From assembly GCA_050250895.1 (NCBI GenBank), contig JBFWNU010000005.1, positions 160,001-224,000 on the forward strand: DNA of 64,000 bases. The letters are read 5' to 3'. This stretch comes from Vulcanimicrobiota bacterium (GTDB lineage Bacteria > Vulcanimicrobiota > Xenobia > Xenobiales > JADMJV01). Position 1 is the stretch's first letter. The number at the start of each line of letters is the position of its first letter. The notes beneath the pieces are model-generated. The model was given only the letters and a program-made list of their open reading frames with translations, did no database searches and was not told where the DNA came from. Shown one piece after another: positions 52,715 to 62,720 of the stretch. A program made the translations under genes and the position numbers.

Positions 52715-55422
52715 ACGCGACCAAAACGCTGACCCTGACCCTGGATGGAGACGAGGTCACCTTCAGCGAAGGAGAGACCCTCTATGAGGTAGCCCGGCGG
52801 CACCGCAAAGACGTGCCCACGCTGTGCTACGACCCGCGTTTAGAGCCCTTCGGTGGCTGCCGCATGTGTGTGGTCGAACTAGAAGGCTCGCGTAATCCCG
52901 TGGCTTCGTGCACCATGAAAGCCACCCAGGGCATGGTCGTGCGGACCCACACCCCCGAAATCGAAAGCCACCGCAAGACTCTGCTCGAGATGGTGGTCTC
53001 CGAGAATCGCCAGGTCGAGGTCGACCCGCTCAGCGGTTACGCCTCCCAGGAACTCAAGACTCTGGTGGACCGCTACCAAGCCGACACGGGCCGCTTCAAA
53101 GGGCGCCGTTCGGGCCAGTCCAACACCGACGACGAGAACCCGTTCATTCTGCGAGACTACGACCAGTGCATCTCGTGCTATCGCTGTGTGCGGGTGTGCG
53201 CCGAGCAGGAAGGCGATTACGCCATCAGCGTGATGAACCGGGGCTTTGATACCCAGATCACCACCGAGTTCGAGGGCCTGCTCAAAGACTCGCAGTGCAC
53301 TTTTTGTGGGCAGTGTGTGCAGACTTGCCCGACCGGTGCCCTGGCCGATCGCAAGGCCCTGCGCCATCAAGACAAGCCGGCCGAGACCAAGCTGACTCGC
53401 ACGATCTGCGCCTATTGCGGAGTAGGCTGCTCGGTGGACCTGATGACCCGCGACAACACCATCGTGGGCGTGCTGCCGGCCATGGATGGGCCGGCCAACG
53501 AAGGGGCCCTGTGTGTCAAAGGCCAGTTTGCCTATGACTTCGTCCACCATCAAGACCGCCTTACCAGCCCCTTGATTCGCGAGGGGGACGGCTTTCGCAA
53601 AGCCAGCTGGGATGAGGCTCTGACCGTGGCCGCCAGGGGCCTCGGCCAGGTGGTCGCCGAGCACGGTCGCCACAGTCTTTACGCGGTAGCCTCGGGTCGG
53701 ACCCCGAGTGAAGCCTGCTATCTGATGGGAAAATTCGTCCGGGTGGGGATGGGAACGAACTACATAGACAACTGTAGCCGTGCTTGACACGCTCCCACGG
53801 TCGCCGGTCTGGCGGCCCTGATTGGTCGGGGAGCGATGTCGAACCCCCTCAAGGATATGGAAAAGCCCGATGTGATCTTCTGCATCGGCACCAACATGAC
53901 CGAGTGTCACCCGGTGGCGGCGACTCGCATCAAGAAGGCGCTAGCTCGCGGAGCGACCCTGATCACGGCCGACCCCCGTCGCATCCGGCTGGCCGAGATG
54001 GCTCATGTCTATCTGCCTTTGCGCGTGGGCAGCGATACGGCCTTGCTGCTGGGCATGGCCCACGTCATCGCCCGCGAGGGCCTGATCGACCGCGACTTCA
54101 TCGCCGAGCGCACCGAAGGCTACGAGGCCTTCGCCAGCCACGTGGCCCAATTCACTCCCGAGTGGGCCGAGACCATCACCGGCGTGCCAGCCGCCGACAT
54201 CGAGCAGGCAGCCCTGCTCTATGGCCGCGCCGAGCGCGGAGCCATCTTCTATACCCTGGGCATCACCGAGCATATCTGCGGCGTCGACAACGTCCAGAGC
54301 CTGTGCAACCTGGTGTTGATGACCGGCAATATCGGGCGCGAAGGGGTCGGCATCAACCCCATGCGCGGTCAGAACAACATCCAGGGAGCCGGTGATTCGG
54401 GAGCCCTGCCCAACAACTACGTGGGCTTTCAGCCGGTCACCGACCCGGCCAACCAGGCCAAGTTCGAAAAGGCCTACGGCCGCAAAGTCGACCTCGAGAA
54501 GGGCATCACCAAGGTGACGGCCCTGCAAGAGTGTGGCAAGAGCATTCGAGCCATGTTCATCGACGGCGAGAACACCCTGGTGTCAGATCCCGACCGGGCC
54601 CACTGCGAACACGCTCTCAAGAGCCTCGATTTTCTGGTGGTAGCCGACATCTTCATGACCGAGACGGCCCAGTTGGCTGACGTGGTCTTGCCGGCCTCGT
54701 CGTGGGGCGAGACCGACGGCGTGTGCACCAATTCCGAACGGCGGGTGCAGCGACTCAGGGCCGCCGTCAATCCGCCCGGAGAAGCCCGCCCCGACTGGTG
54801 GCTCATCTCGCGGCTGGCCCAGAAGATGGGCTGGGAAGGCTTCGACTATGAGAGCGCTGCCGAAGTGTTCGCCGAGATGTGCGAGCTTTCGCCCATTTAT
54901 GGCGGCTTGAGTTGGGAGCGCATCGAGCACGGCGAGTACCAATGGCCCGTGCCGGAACCGGGTCACCCGGGCACGCCGGTGCTGCATGAGGACGAGTTCG
55001 TCAATGGTCGTGGCAAATTTGCCATCGTTGGCTATCGCGATCCGGCCGAGACCATCAGCCCTGACTACCCCGTCTGGCTGACCACCGGCCGGCGCCTCGA
55101 GTCCTACCACACCCGCACCCAGACCGGTCGCTCGGCCGGCATCGACTACCTGTTGCCGGAAGAGAGCCTGGAGGTGCATCCCGAGGATGCCCATGCCTGG
55201 GGCCTGGCCGACGGGGCCTGGTGCTCGATGGCCAGCCCTCGAGGCTCGGTGCAAATCCGGGTCAAGGTGACCGACCGCTCCCCCCGGGGCACGGTCTTCT
55301 CGAGCTTTGCCTTCAACGACGTGCCCATCAACATCCTCACCGGCGGCGGCTACGACCCCATCACCCACACGGCCGAACTCAAAGTCTGCCCCGTGCGCAT
55401 CGCAAGAAGCGAAGCTCGCTGA
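52711..55422 (+). CDS. fdhF: Selenocysteine-containing formate dehydrogenase alpha subunit (Mo/W-bisPGD) with N-terminal Fe-S domains
   Basis: Fe-S motifs, CAYCGVGC; in-frame TGA at 53785-53787 in NCSRA-U-HAPTVAGL, with the frame continuing into ORF 53836..55422 (RGQNNIQG, TTGR..YH). Confidence 0.92.
53785..53820 (+). promoter_or_regulatory. Sec UGA codon with bacterial SECIS hairpin
   Basis: TGA CAC GCT CCC AC GGTCGCC-GGTCT-GGCGGCC: the stem starts 11 nt after UGA, similar to the E. coli fdhF SECIS. Confidence 0.85.
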
Positions 55423-55540
55423 GCTCGCTTCGGGAGAAGAAGCGCTTGCTTCGCTCGCGGGAAAAGGAGCGGCGTGAGCCGCTCTTCCTGTCGACGCGCA
55501 GCGTCGAGGTCTCCGCGTAGCGGCTCCTTTTTCCTCGGCG
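55405..55540. repeat. Cluster of short palindromes/mini-hairpins (REP-like structured element)
   Basis: GCGAAGC, GCTTCGC, GCGCAGC, GCGTAGC; GGAGCGGC-GTGA-GCCGCTCT; TCGACGC-GCA-GCGTCGA; GGGAAAAGGAGC..GCTCCTTTTTCC. Confidence 0.5.
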
Positions 55541-55650
55541 GCGCCACCGCCCGACAGGCGTACAGGCGTTGACTAGCCGCGACTCCTAACATTATACTTG
55601 AGAAGTAAAATAAATGTTGCATTAAGTTAAGTTGAATAGAGATTAAAAGT

Positions 55651-56250
55651 GTGAATAAGAGTTTGAAGCCGTTGACGGAAGCTGGCCCCCTGGAGGATCG
55701 GTTGGCTGAGGTACAATCGACTGTCGAGGGGATATGGGGGAGCTCTGACTTTCATCCCCTGGTCGAGTTGCGCCATGCTAAAGACAATCGTAAAGTGCGA
55801 GCTGATTCTAATCAGGCCTACGACTTAGAGCAGATCGTGATTCAGGTGTCCTTCCAGCGCCGCCAAGCAGACTTTGACGAGGTCGGCCGATTGTTTGTCG
55901 AAGCCTTGTCGCAAGTCGAATCTACGCGTCCGTTCGTTTCCCTCAAGTGGTTTCGTGATACCTACCTTCCCGAAGAGTTGGGAGGCGTGTTCTCCCGGCC
56001 CGAAACGCGTAGCCAAACTCTTACCGAGCTTATCGAGGGAGGGCTCGTCACGGTCGGTAGCGTGCCGCATCCCGATCCTGCCAAGCCCTACTCGACGACG
56101 ACCATCAATCTCAATCATCGTCACCGCTCTGTACGCGCCATTCTCGACCAGCCGAATGCAGTGCCAGCGAGAGGCTCAGGCAGCCGTTTTCGACCACGAC
56201 GGTTGAAGGGTGAGCCTTTATCCAAAACCGTGCTCGATGAGCGCCGATGA
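55651..56250 (+). CDS. Putative large antitoxin/hypothetical protein
   Basis: 199 aa; ATGA overlap with a PIN gene; antitoxin-like tail LKGEPLSKTVLDERR; lower GC. Confidence 0.65.
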   Translation: MNKSLKPLTEAGPLEDRLAEVQSTVEGIWGSSDFHPLVELRHAKDNRKVRADSNQAYDLEQIVIQVSFQRRQADFDEVGRLFVEALSQVESTRPFVSLKWFRDTYLPEELGGVFSRPETRSQTLTELIEGGLVTVGSVPHPDPAKPYSTTTINLNHRHRSVRAILDQPNAVPARGSGSRFRPRRLKGEPLSKTVLDERR

Positions 56251-56681
56251 GGATTTATTTCGACACCAGCGCCGTTGTGAAGCTCTTCGTTCTCGAGGAG
56301 GGCACAGACGCCACCATCAAAGTAGTGTCTGGCCCTGGCGAGCTTTATCTCTTGTCGCTCGCCAGAGCAGAGTTTCACTCGGCAGTGCAGAGAAGATTCA
56401 GAGACGGTGACCTTTCCGCAACAGAACGGACCGAGCTACTCGAGACTTTTGACAATCAAATAAATCAGGAATTTATTATCCAGCCAACTACTGATGGGGT
56501 CGTGAGTCGGGCCTTGTATCTCTTGGAGAGATACCCACTGCGTGCCTACGATGCCCTTCAACTGGCCGGATGTCTGAGTCTGGCCAAGCCAAAAGAGATT
56601 ATTTTCGCGTGTGCTGACGACCGGCTGTTGGCGGCCGCGGGTGGTGAGGGGTTGCAGACTTTCAATCCACTCAATCCCTGA
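56247..56681 (+). CDS. vapC: VapC PIN-domain toxin
   Basis: YFDTSAVVK, LRAYDALQLA and FACAD.RL..AA..EGL. Confidence 0.9.
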   Translation: MRIYFDTSAVVKLFVLEEGTDATIKVVSGPGELYLLSLARAEFHSAVQRRFRDGDLSATERTELLETFDNQINQEFIIQPTTDGVVSRALYLLERYPLRAYDALQLAGCLSLAKPKEIIFACADDRLLAAAGGEGLQTFNPLNP

Positions 56682-56703
56682 GCAATTCCTGGGGCGGCGG
56701 GCG

Positions 56704-57237
56704 CTAGTCTTCGACGGGCACCAGCGTACCGTTGATGACCAGGTAGCCGACTTCGGTCTCGAGGTGTTTCTTGCTGTCGGTGTGGCCGAAGCTGGCCAGT
56801 TTGGCCATTTCGGCCCGGGCCGCGGCGTCCTTGGCCAGCTTGTCTTCGACCTGTTTCTCGACGGTCCTGAGCAGGTCTTCATAAAGTTTGACCTCGCTCT
56901 TGCGGAAGGGAAACTCGATGGCTCGCTCGGTGGCCCGCATGTCGGCCGATACCATCACCCAGCCGGAGGCGATGGCCCCTAGCGTGCCGGCGGCGGCCAC
57001 TCCTAGAGCCAGGGCCGGCGAGACGCTTTTGAGCAGCAGCCCAGCGCTAACACCGACGCCCAGACCGCCAACCAGCCCGCCAAAGGAAAGCTTCTTCTGG
57101 CGCAGGGCCGATTGATAGTCGGCCACGTGCAGGTCCAGGCGATCGCGGGCGCCGGCCACGGCCTCTTCGGCCTCGGCGATGGTGCGGATCGGCTTGAAAG
57201 GCTGGCTGTGAGGAGGAGCGAGGGGACTGACTTTCAT
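56704..57237 (-). CDS. Hypothetical membrane protein (Gly-rich hydrophobic hairpin)
   Basis: 177 aa, two hydrophobic segments, abuts the upstream gene. Confidence 0.7.
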   Translation of the reverse strand: MKVSPLAPPHSQPFKPIRTIAEAEEAVAGARDRLDLHVADYQSALRQKKLSFGGLVGGLGVGVSAGLLLKSVSPALALGVAAAGTLGAIASGWVMVSADMRATERAIEFPFRKSEVKLYEDLLRTVEKQVEDKLAKDAAARAEMAKLASFGHTDSKKHLETEVGYLVINGTLVPVED

Positions 57238-58311
57238 CTATTCGTGGCGGATGACCGCGTTGTCGAGAAAGCCCGACCCGTCGATGCGGACACCGTTCTC
57301 GGTGCGGGTCACGGTGGCGTCGTTCCAGGGACCGGGATGGGAAATCTCGAGTCGGCCGTCGGTGTTCTTGATGGTGATGGTGTTGAGGATACCGTTGCTG
57401 TCCATGGTGACCTGGTCACCACAGAAGAAGGCGCTGGTCTGGTTGAGGGGGCCATCGGGGTCGATGTGGTAGGCGTTTTCGGTCTTGCTGATGTTGGTGT
57501 GGTTCCAGAAGAGTCCCGGTTCGGTCACGCGCAGGTTGTTGCCGTCGCGGGTGATGGTGATGGCGTCCCAGCCGCCGAAGCCGTGGGGGTCGATGGTGGT
57601 CTGGTTGCCGTGGCGGGTGATGGTGATCGAGTTCCATTTACCCAGGCCCCAGGGGTCGATCTTGGTCTGGCCGCTACCCTCGGTCACTTTGATCGAATTC
57701 AATACGCCAAAGCCCTGGGCGTCGACCTTGACCTCGCTGCCCTGGCGGTCGATGGTGATGTCGTTGAGCCAGCCGTCGGGCTCGAGCAGGGTCTTGCCCT
57801 GGGCCGGTTCGACCAGCGGGCCGCCGAAAGCGCGGGCCGGGATCATGGCCAGGTTGCCGTTGGTGTCGAAGAACAACCCATCGCCCAGGTAGACACCGAT
57901 GGGGGAACGATCGACCTTCACGGTGCGCGTTTGGGTCTCGCCGTTGCTATCGGTGTAGGTCTCGGTGTAGGTCTGGCGGACGATGTCGACGCTGCCCATC
58001 TGCTCGGGAATGACTTCGACCCTCATCTCGCCCTGATTGGTTTCGGTCGACCAGGTCGAAGAGTTGCATTGCGAGGCCGGGGGAGGAGTGGCCGCCGGGG
58101 GTAGTGTCGCCAGTCCACCAGCTACCACGGCCAGTCCACCCAGGGCCAGTAAAGCTTTGGCTTTGCCCGACATCGGTCTGGCCGAAGAAGAGCCGCTCAG
58201 ACTGACCACGTCAAGCCGTGTGGGGGTCGGATTTGAGCCGGCGCGGGCTCCGGGGGGAGCCACGCGGGGGTCGACGGTCGGATTCTTGGCAACCGGATGA
58301 AAGTTGATCAT
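57238..58311 (-). CDS. Hypothetical repeat protein (about nine 20-22 aa repeats) with an N-terminal leader and TM
   Basis: Repeats of the form IDPxG..N.ITITRxG..T; biased codon usage. Confidence 0.8.
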   Translation of the reverse strand: MINFHPVAKNPTVDPRVAPPGARAGSNPTPTRLDVVSLSGSSSARPMSGKAKALLALGGLAVVAGGLATLPPAATPPPASQCNSSTWSTETNQGEMRVEVIPEQMGSVDIVRQTYTETYTDSNGETQTRTVKVDRSPIGVYLGDGLFFDTNGNLAMIPARAFGGPLVEPAQGKTLLEPDGWLNDITIDRQGSEVKVDAQGFGVLNSIKVTEGSGQTKIDPWGLGKWNSITITRHGNQTTIDPHGFGGWDAITITRDGNNLRVTEPGLFWNHTNISKTENAYHIDPDGPLNQTSAFFCGDQVTMDSNGILNTITIKNTDGRLEISHPGPWNDATVTRTENGVRIDGSGFLDNAVIRHE

Positions 58312-58317
58312 GGGCTC

Positions 58318-58342
58318 AATCTACCCCGGACGGCTTAAACAA
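58318..58342 (-). promoter_or_regulatory. Conserved TYSTTTMA-N11-TANNNT promoter-like motif
   Basis: Minus strand TTGTTTAA-N11-TAGATT-N6-ATG(58311). Confidence 0.55.
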
Positions 58343-58480
58343 TCCTGACAGGTGGCCAGCGCCGTCGTCTCCTCTGCTCCGGTAGTCTCGTGGGCAGGCT
58401 GCAGCGTCTTCCCGCAGGCTTGGCGGCCTGGTAACTCTCTCGCAAAATCAGCGTAACCTCGGACGCCGAGAATGGCCTCT

Positions 58481-58855
58481 ATGAGTATCACCATCCAGGC
58501 CATCCGACCACAGCAACAGGCTCCGGTGAAAGGATGCAGCGTGCATCCGAACATGCTCGACAAACTGCGAAGAGCCGGGCTCGAGGAGCGGCAAATCCTG
58601 ACGGATGCCCGCCCTCTGATGGGTTCGTCGGCCCGCGAGAACCTCGAAGGCCGAGGCTTCGCCCTCGAGTCCGAGTCTGACGAGCAGGTTATTCTCGGCT
58701 TGGGGCAGCCGCAACTATACCTATCCGGTCAACGAGCCGTGCTCAAGAGCAACGGCGCGGTCGAACTGCTGACCTTCGCCGAACGGTGGGTCCAAATCAT
58801 CCGCGTCGACGCGCTCGGTCGAGTCGAGCACAACAGCATCCAGAAATTGCCTTAG
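58481..58855 (+). CDS. Hypothetical protein
   Basis: ORF filling the intergenic gap; start 58472 or 58481. Confidence 0.6.
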   Translation: MSITIQAIRPQQQAPVKGCSVHPNMLDKLRRAGLEERQILTDARPLMGSSARENLEGRGFALESESDEQVILGLGQPQLYLSGQRAVLKSNGAVELLTFAERWVQIIRVDALGRVEHNSIQKLP

Positions 58856-58927
58856 GGCAAGAAGGTGAGCCGGCCGCGCCGACGGTAACCGGAGGAGTTC
58901 CATGGCTGACCGTCCAAAAGACGATCC

Positions 58928-61900
58928 GTGAACATGCCGTCGCAGGTCAAACCGTATAAACCACGCCACCACGTGCGGATCGTGAGCGCGGCCTCGCTTT
59001 TCGACGGTCACGACGCGGCCATCAACGTCATGCGTCGTCTGATGCAGACCTCTGGCTCTGAGGTGATCCACCTCGGCCACAACCGCTCGGTAGCCGAGAT
59101 TGTTCGGTGCGCCATCCAGGAGGATGTGCAGGGCATCGCCATCACTTCCTACCAGGGTGGCCATGTCGAATACTTCAAATACATGATCGACCTGCTCCGC
59201 CAGGCTGGCGCCAAGACCAGGGTGTTCGGGGGCGGGGGAGGCACCATCTTGCCCGCCGAGATCGACGAGCTTCAGGCTTACGGCGTGGCCCGGATCTACT
59301 CGCCCGATGACGGCCGAGCCATGGGCCTTCAGGGTATGATTAACGACGTTATCACGCAGTGCGATTTCGAACTGCGCACCCCTGACTTCGACGCCCTGCT
59401 ACCGGGGCTTGGCCAGCGCGACCCGGGCTCCATTGCGGGACTGATCACCATTGCCGAGAATTTTCCCGAGGCCGGAGATAAGCTGCGCTCAGCCCTGGCC
59501 GCCCTTCCGACGAATACCCGGCGGGCGCCGGTGTTGGGCATCACGGGCACGGGCGGTTCGGGTAAGTCGAGCCTGGTCGACGAGTTGGTGCGCCGCTTCT
59601 TGGCCGAGCCGGGCGAAAAAACGGTCGCCATCCTTTCGGTCGACCCGTCCAAGCGAAAGTCGGGTGGCGCTCTCTTGGGCGACCGCATCCGCATGAACTC
59701 CATCGACCATCCCCGAGTCTACATGAGGTCTTTGGCCACGCGCCAGTCAAACCTGGCGCTCTCCAAGCATGTCGGAGAGTCGATCGAGATTTGTCGAGCC
59801 GCCGGTTTTGATCTCATCATCGTCGAGACCTCTGGAATCGGTCAGTCAGACACGGAGATCACCGAATTCTCGGATGTCTCGCTTTACGTCATGACGGCCG
59901 AGTATGGGGCTGCCACGCAACTCGAGAAGATCGACATGCTCGACTTCGCCGACGCCATTGCCATCAACAAGTTCGACAAGCGCGGCTCGCTCGACGCCCT
60001 GCGCGACGTCAAGAAGCAGTGGAAGCGCAATCACCTGGCTTTCGAGACGGCCGATGAAGAGATTCCCGTCTACGGCACCATCGCCTCGCAGTTCAACGAC
60101 CCGGGCATGAACCGGTTATATGTCGAGGTGATGAAGATTGTGGCCAGCCGGGTCGAAGCTGCTTTGGAGCCTTCCCTCGAGCTGACCCCGGGGATGAGCG
60201 AAAAGCGGTGGATCATCCCTCCCGAGCGCACTCGCTACCTGGCCGAGATCGCCGAGACCTGCGACAAAATCGAGGCCTTCGTCAAACAGCAGGCGGCCAT
60301 CGCTCGCAAGATGTATCAGTTACGCGGCAGCCTCGAGACGCTGCGCGAAGGAGTGGGCAAGAAACGTCTTGACATCGTCGAGCCGGAGGGTCCTTCCGAC
60401 ACGGTGCAGGTGACCCAGCGAGTGGAGAGCGAGCCCCAATGGCTAGCTCAACTCGAAGAGGCCTACAGCGACCTCGAGGCCCATCTGGCCCCGGAATGCA
60501 AGAAGCTTCTGGACGAATGGCCCACCACCAAAGCACGCTACGCGGCCTCCAAATACCAGTTTCAGGTGCGTGACAAGGTGTTGGAACTCGATCTGGTCAG
60601 TGAGACTCTTTCGCACCTGCGCATTCCCAAGGTATCGCTACCCAGGTATGAGGACTGGGGAGACCTGCTGGTGTGGCTGCTGCGCGAGGCCCCGCCTGGA
60701 CAGTTTCCGTTCACCGCCGGCGTGTTCCCGTTAAAGCGCGAGAACGAAGACCCGGCCCGGATGTTTGCGGGCGAGGGTGGGGCCGAACGAACCAATCGCC
60801 GATTCCACTATGTATCGCGCGGACTGCCGGCCAAGCGGCTCTCGACGGCCTTTGATTCGGTGACGCTCTATGGCGAAGACCCCGATCACCGCCCCGACAT
60901 CTATGGAAAGGTCGGCAATTCGGGAGTCTCCATTGCCAACGTAGACGACGCCAAGAAACTCTATTCGGGTTTTGACCTGGCCAACGATTCCACCTCGGTT
61001 TCCATGACTATCAACGGACCGGCTCCGATGCTGCTGGGCTTCTTTCTCAACGCCGCTATCGATCAGTCGTGCGAGAAGTGGATCAAGAGCCAGGGCGACG
61101 AGATGGTGACCGAAGTCGAGCAGAAGATCGATGGTCTGTATGCCGAGCGGGGCCTGCCGCGGCCACGCTACCAGGGTTCTTTGCCTGAGGGCAACGACGG
61201 CCTGGGCTTGATGCTCCTGGGAGTCTCGGGCGACGAAGTCCTGCCCCGCGAGGTCTATGAGCGGATCCGTGCCGCCACTCTTTCTAAAGTGCGGGGGACG
61301 GTGCAGGCCGACATCCTCAAAGAGGATCAGGCTCAGAATACCTGCATTTTCTCGACCGAGTTCAGTCTCCGCCTGATGGGCGATATCCAGCAGTATTTCA
61401 TCGACCATAAGGTCCGCAACTTCTATTCGGTTTCTATCTCGGGCTACCACATCGCCGAAGCCGGGGCCAACCCTGTCTCTCAACTGGCCTTTACGTTGGC
61501 CAACGGCTTCACGTTCGTCGAATACTACCTCTCCCGGGGGATGCACATCGACGATTTCGCGCCCAATCTCTCCTTTTTCTTCTCCAACGGCATGGACCCC
61601 GAGTACACCGTGATCGGGCGGGTAGCCCGCCGTATCTGGGCCCGCACCATCCGCGATAAGTACGGGGGCAACGAGCGCTCCCAGAAGCTTAAATACCATA
61701 TTCAGACCTCGGGACGTTCGCTCCATGCCCAGGAGATCGCGTTCAACGACATCCGCACCACCCTGCAGGCGCTGCTGGCGCTGCAAGATAACTGCAACTC
61801 GTTGCATACCAACGCCTACGACGAGGCCATCACGACCCCCACCGAAGAGAGCGTGCGGCGGGCCCTGGCCATCCAACTCATCATCAACAAGGAATTCGGC

Positions 61901-62392
61901 CTGGCCAAGAACGAGAACCCTATCCAGGGTTCGTTCATCGTGGAAGAGTTGACCGATCTGGTCGAGGCCGCCGTGCTGGCCGAGTTCCGTTCGCTTTCCG
62001 AGCGAGGCGGCGTCTTGGGCGCGATGGAGCGGATGTACCAACGCTCCAAGATCCAGGAAGAGTCGTTGTACTACGAGACCCTCAAGCACAGCGGGGCTCT
62101 GCCGCTCATCGGCGTCAATACATTTCTCGACCCCCAGGGGTCTCCCACCATCACCCCTCCCGAGGTGATCCGAGCTACCCAGGCCGAGAAAGACTATGCC
62201 ATCGAGGCTCGCGATGCGTTCTGGAAGCGGAACGCTAGCCGCGGACCCGTCGCTCTCGAGCGACTTCAGCAGTGTGCCGTGGAGGGCGGCAATGTCTTCT
62301 CGGAATTGATGGAGGCCTGCAAGGTATGCACGCTGGGCCAGATCTCCTCAGCCCTCTACGAGGTCGGCGGCCAGTACCGGCGCAACATGTAG
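58928..62392 (+). CDS. icmF: Fused isobutyryl-CoA mutase/MeaB-like GTPase IcmF
   Basis: B12 motif DGHDAAIN; [14 protein letters not shown] and NKFD; mutase RMFAGEG, RLSTAFD and [11 protein letters not shown]; C-terminal GGQYRRNM. Confidence 0.95.
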   Translation: MNMPSQVKPYKPRHHVRIVSAASLFDGHDAAINVMRRLMQTSGSEVIHLGHNRSVAEIVRCAIQEDVQGIAITSYQGGHVEYFKYMIDLLRQAGAKTRVFGGGGGTILPAEIDELQAYGVARIYSPDDGRAMGLQGMINDVITQCDFELRTPDFDALLPGLGQRDPGSIAGLITIAENFPEAGDKLRSALAALPTNTRRAPVLGITGTGGSGKSSLVDELVRRFLAEPGEKTVAILSVDPSKRKSGGALLGDRIRMNSIDHPRVYMRSLATRQSNLALSKHVGESIEICRAAGFDLIIVETSGIGQSDTEITEFSDVSLYVMTAEYGAATQLEKIDMLDFADAIAINKFDKRGSLDALRDVKKQWKRNHLAFETADEEIPVYGTIASQFNDPGMNRLYVEVMKIVASRVEAALEPSLELTPGMSEKRWIIPPERTRYLAEIAETCDKIEAFVKQQAAIARKMYQLRGSLETLREGVGKKRLDIVEPEGPSDTVQVTQRVESEPQWLAQLEEAYSDLEAHLAPECKKLLDEWPTTKARYAASKYQFQVRDKVLELDLVSETLSHLRIPKVSLPRYEDWGDLLVWLLREAPPGQFPFTAGVFPLKRENEDPARMFAGEGGAERTNRRFHYVSRGLPAKRLSTAFDSVTLYGEDPDHRPDIYGKVGNSGVSIANVDDAKKLYSGFDLANDSTSVSMTINGPAPMLLGFFLNAAIDQSCEKWIKSQGDEMVTEVEQKIDGLYAERGLPRPRYQGSLPEGNDGLGLMLLGVSGDEVLPREVYERIRAATLSKVRGTVQADILKEDQAQNTCIFSTEFSLRLMGDIQQYFIDHKVRNFYSVSISGYHIAEAGANPVSQLAFTLANGFTFVEYYLSRGMHIDDFAPNLSFFFSNGMDPEYTVIGRVARRIWARTIRDKYGGNERSQKLKYHIQTSGRSLHAQEIAFNDIRTTLQALLALQDNCNSLHTNAYDEAITTPTEESVRRALAIQLIINKEFGLAKNENPIQGSFIVEELTDLVEAAVLAEFRSLSERGGVLGAMERMYQRSKIQEESLYYETLKHSGALPLIGVNTFLDPQGSPTITPPEVIRATQAEKDYAIEARDAFWKRNASRGPVALERLQQCAVEGGNVFSELMEACKVCTLGQISSALYEVGGQYRRNM

Positions 62393-62452
62393 CCCATCCG
62401 GCTGAATGCGCGACATCCCGGCGCCCGTCCATCGAATTGCAGCTATGGAATG

Positions 62453-62492
62453 GTGATGTGTTGACATCGCCATGATGATGCTCTAGCATCAT
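62453..62492 (+). promoter_or_regulatory. Leaderless sigma70 promoter with operator palindromes
   Basis: TTGACA(62461)-N17-TAGCAT-N6-ATG; GATG-N6-CATC over the -35 and ATGATGCTCTAGCATCAT over the -10. Confidence 0.75.
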
Positions 62493-62495
62493 AGG

Positions 62496-62720
62496 ATGCG
62501 GACCACCTTGAATATCGACGACGATGTTCTTTCTGCCGCGAGAGAGTTGGCGGATCGGCATCAGGTTTCGGTCGGAAAGGCCTTGTCGATGCTCGCCCGG
62601 CAGGCGATGACAACCCCCTGCTCTGGTGATACGAGGAATGGGTTTCCTCTCTTCCCCTTGCGTTCGGATTCGGGCATCGTCACTCCGGAATTGATCGCCG
62701 ATTTGCGCGATGAGCTATGA
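62496..62720 (+). CDS. vapB: VapB antitoxin
   Basis: MRTTLNIDDDVL.AA; RNGFPLF...VTPELI; ATGA overlap with vapC. Confidence 0.85.
   Translation: MRTTLNIDDDVLSAARELADRHQVSVGKALSMLARQAMTTPCSGDTRNGFPLFPLRSDSGIVTPELIADLRDEL

Noticed and set aside
53784-55422. Treating FDH as two genes or a pseudogene, and ORF 53784..54395
   Set aside because: The TGA is at the conserved metal-ligand position with a SECIS; the other ORF is an off-frame shadow
55405-55540. Possible tRNA-Sec next to the seleno-FDH
   Set aside because: No cloverleaf, T-loop, UCA anticodon arm or CCA end visible on either strand
58449-58480. Sixth copy of the promoter motif (CAGCGTAA-N11-GAGAAT)
   Set aside because: Both half-sites deviate too far from the consensus to count
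13502-62089. Numerous long antisense or alternate-frame ORFs (e.g. 13502..14698, 17176..18273, 35787..37064, 60731..62089)
   Set aside because: Shadow ORFs expected in high-GC DNA; they overlap genes with clear family motifs
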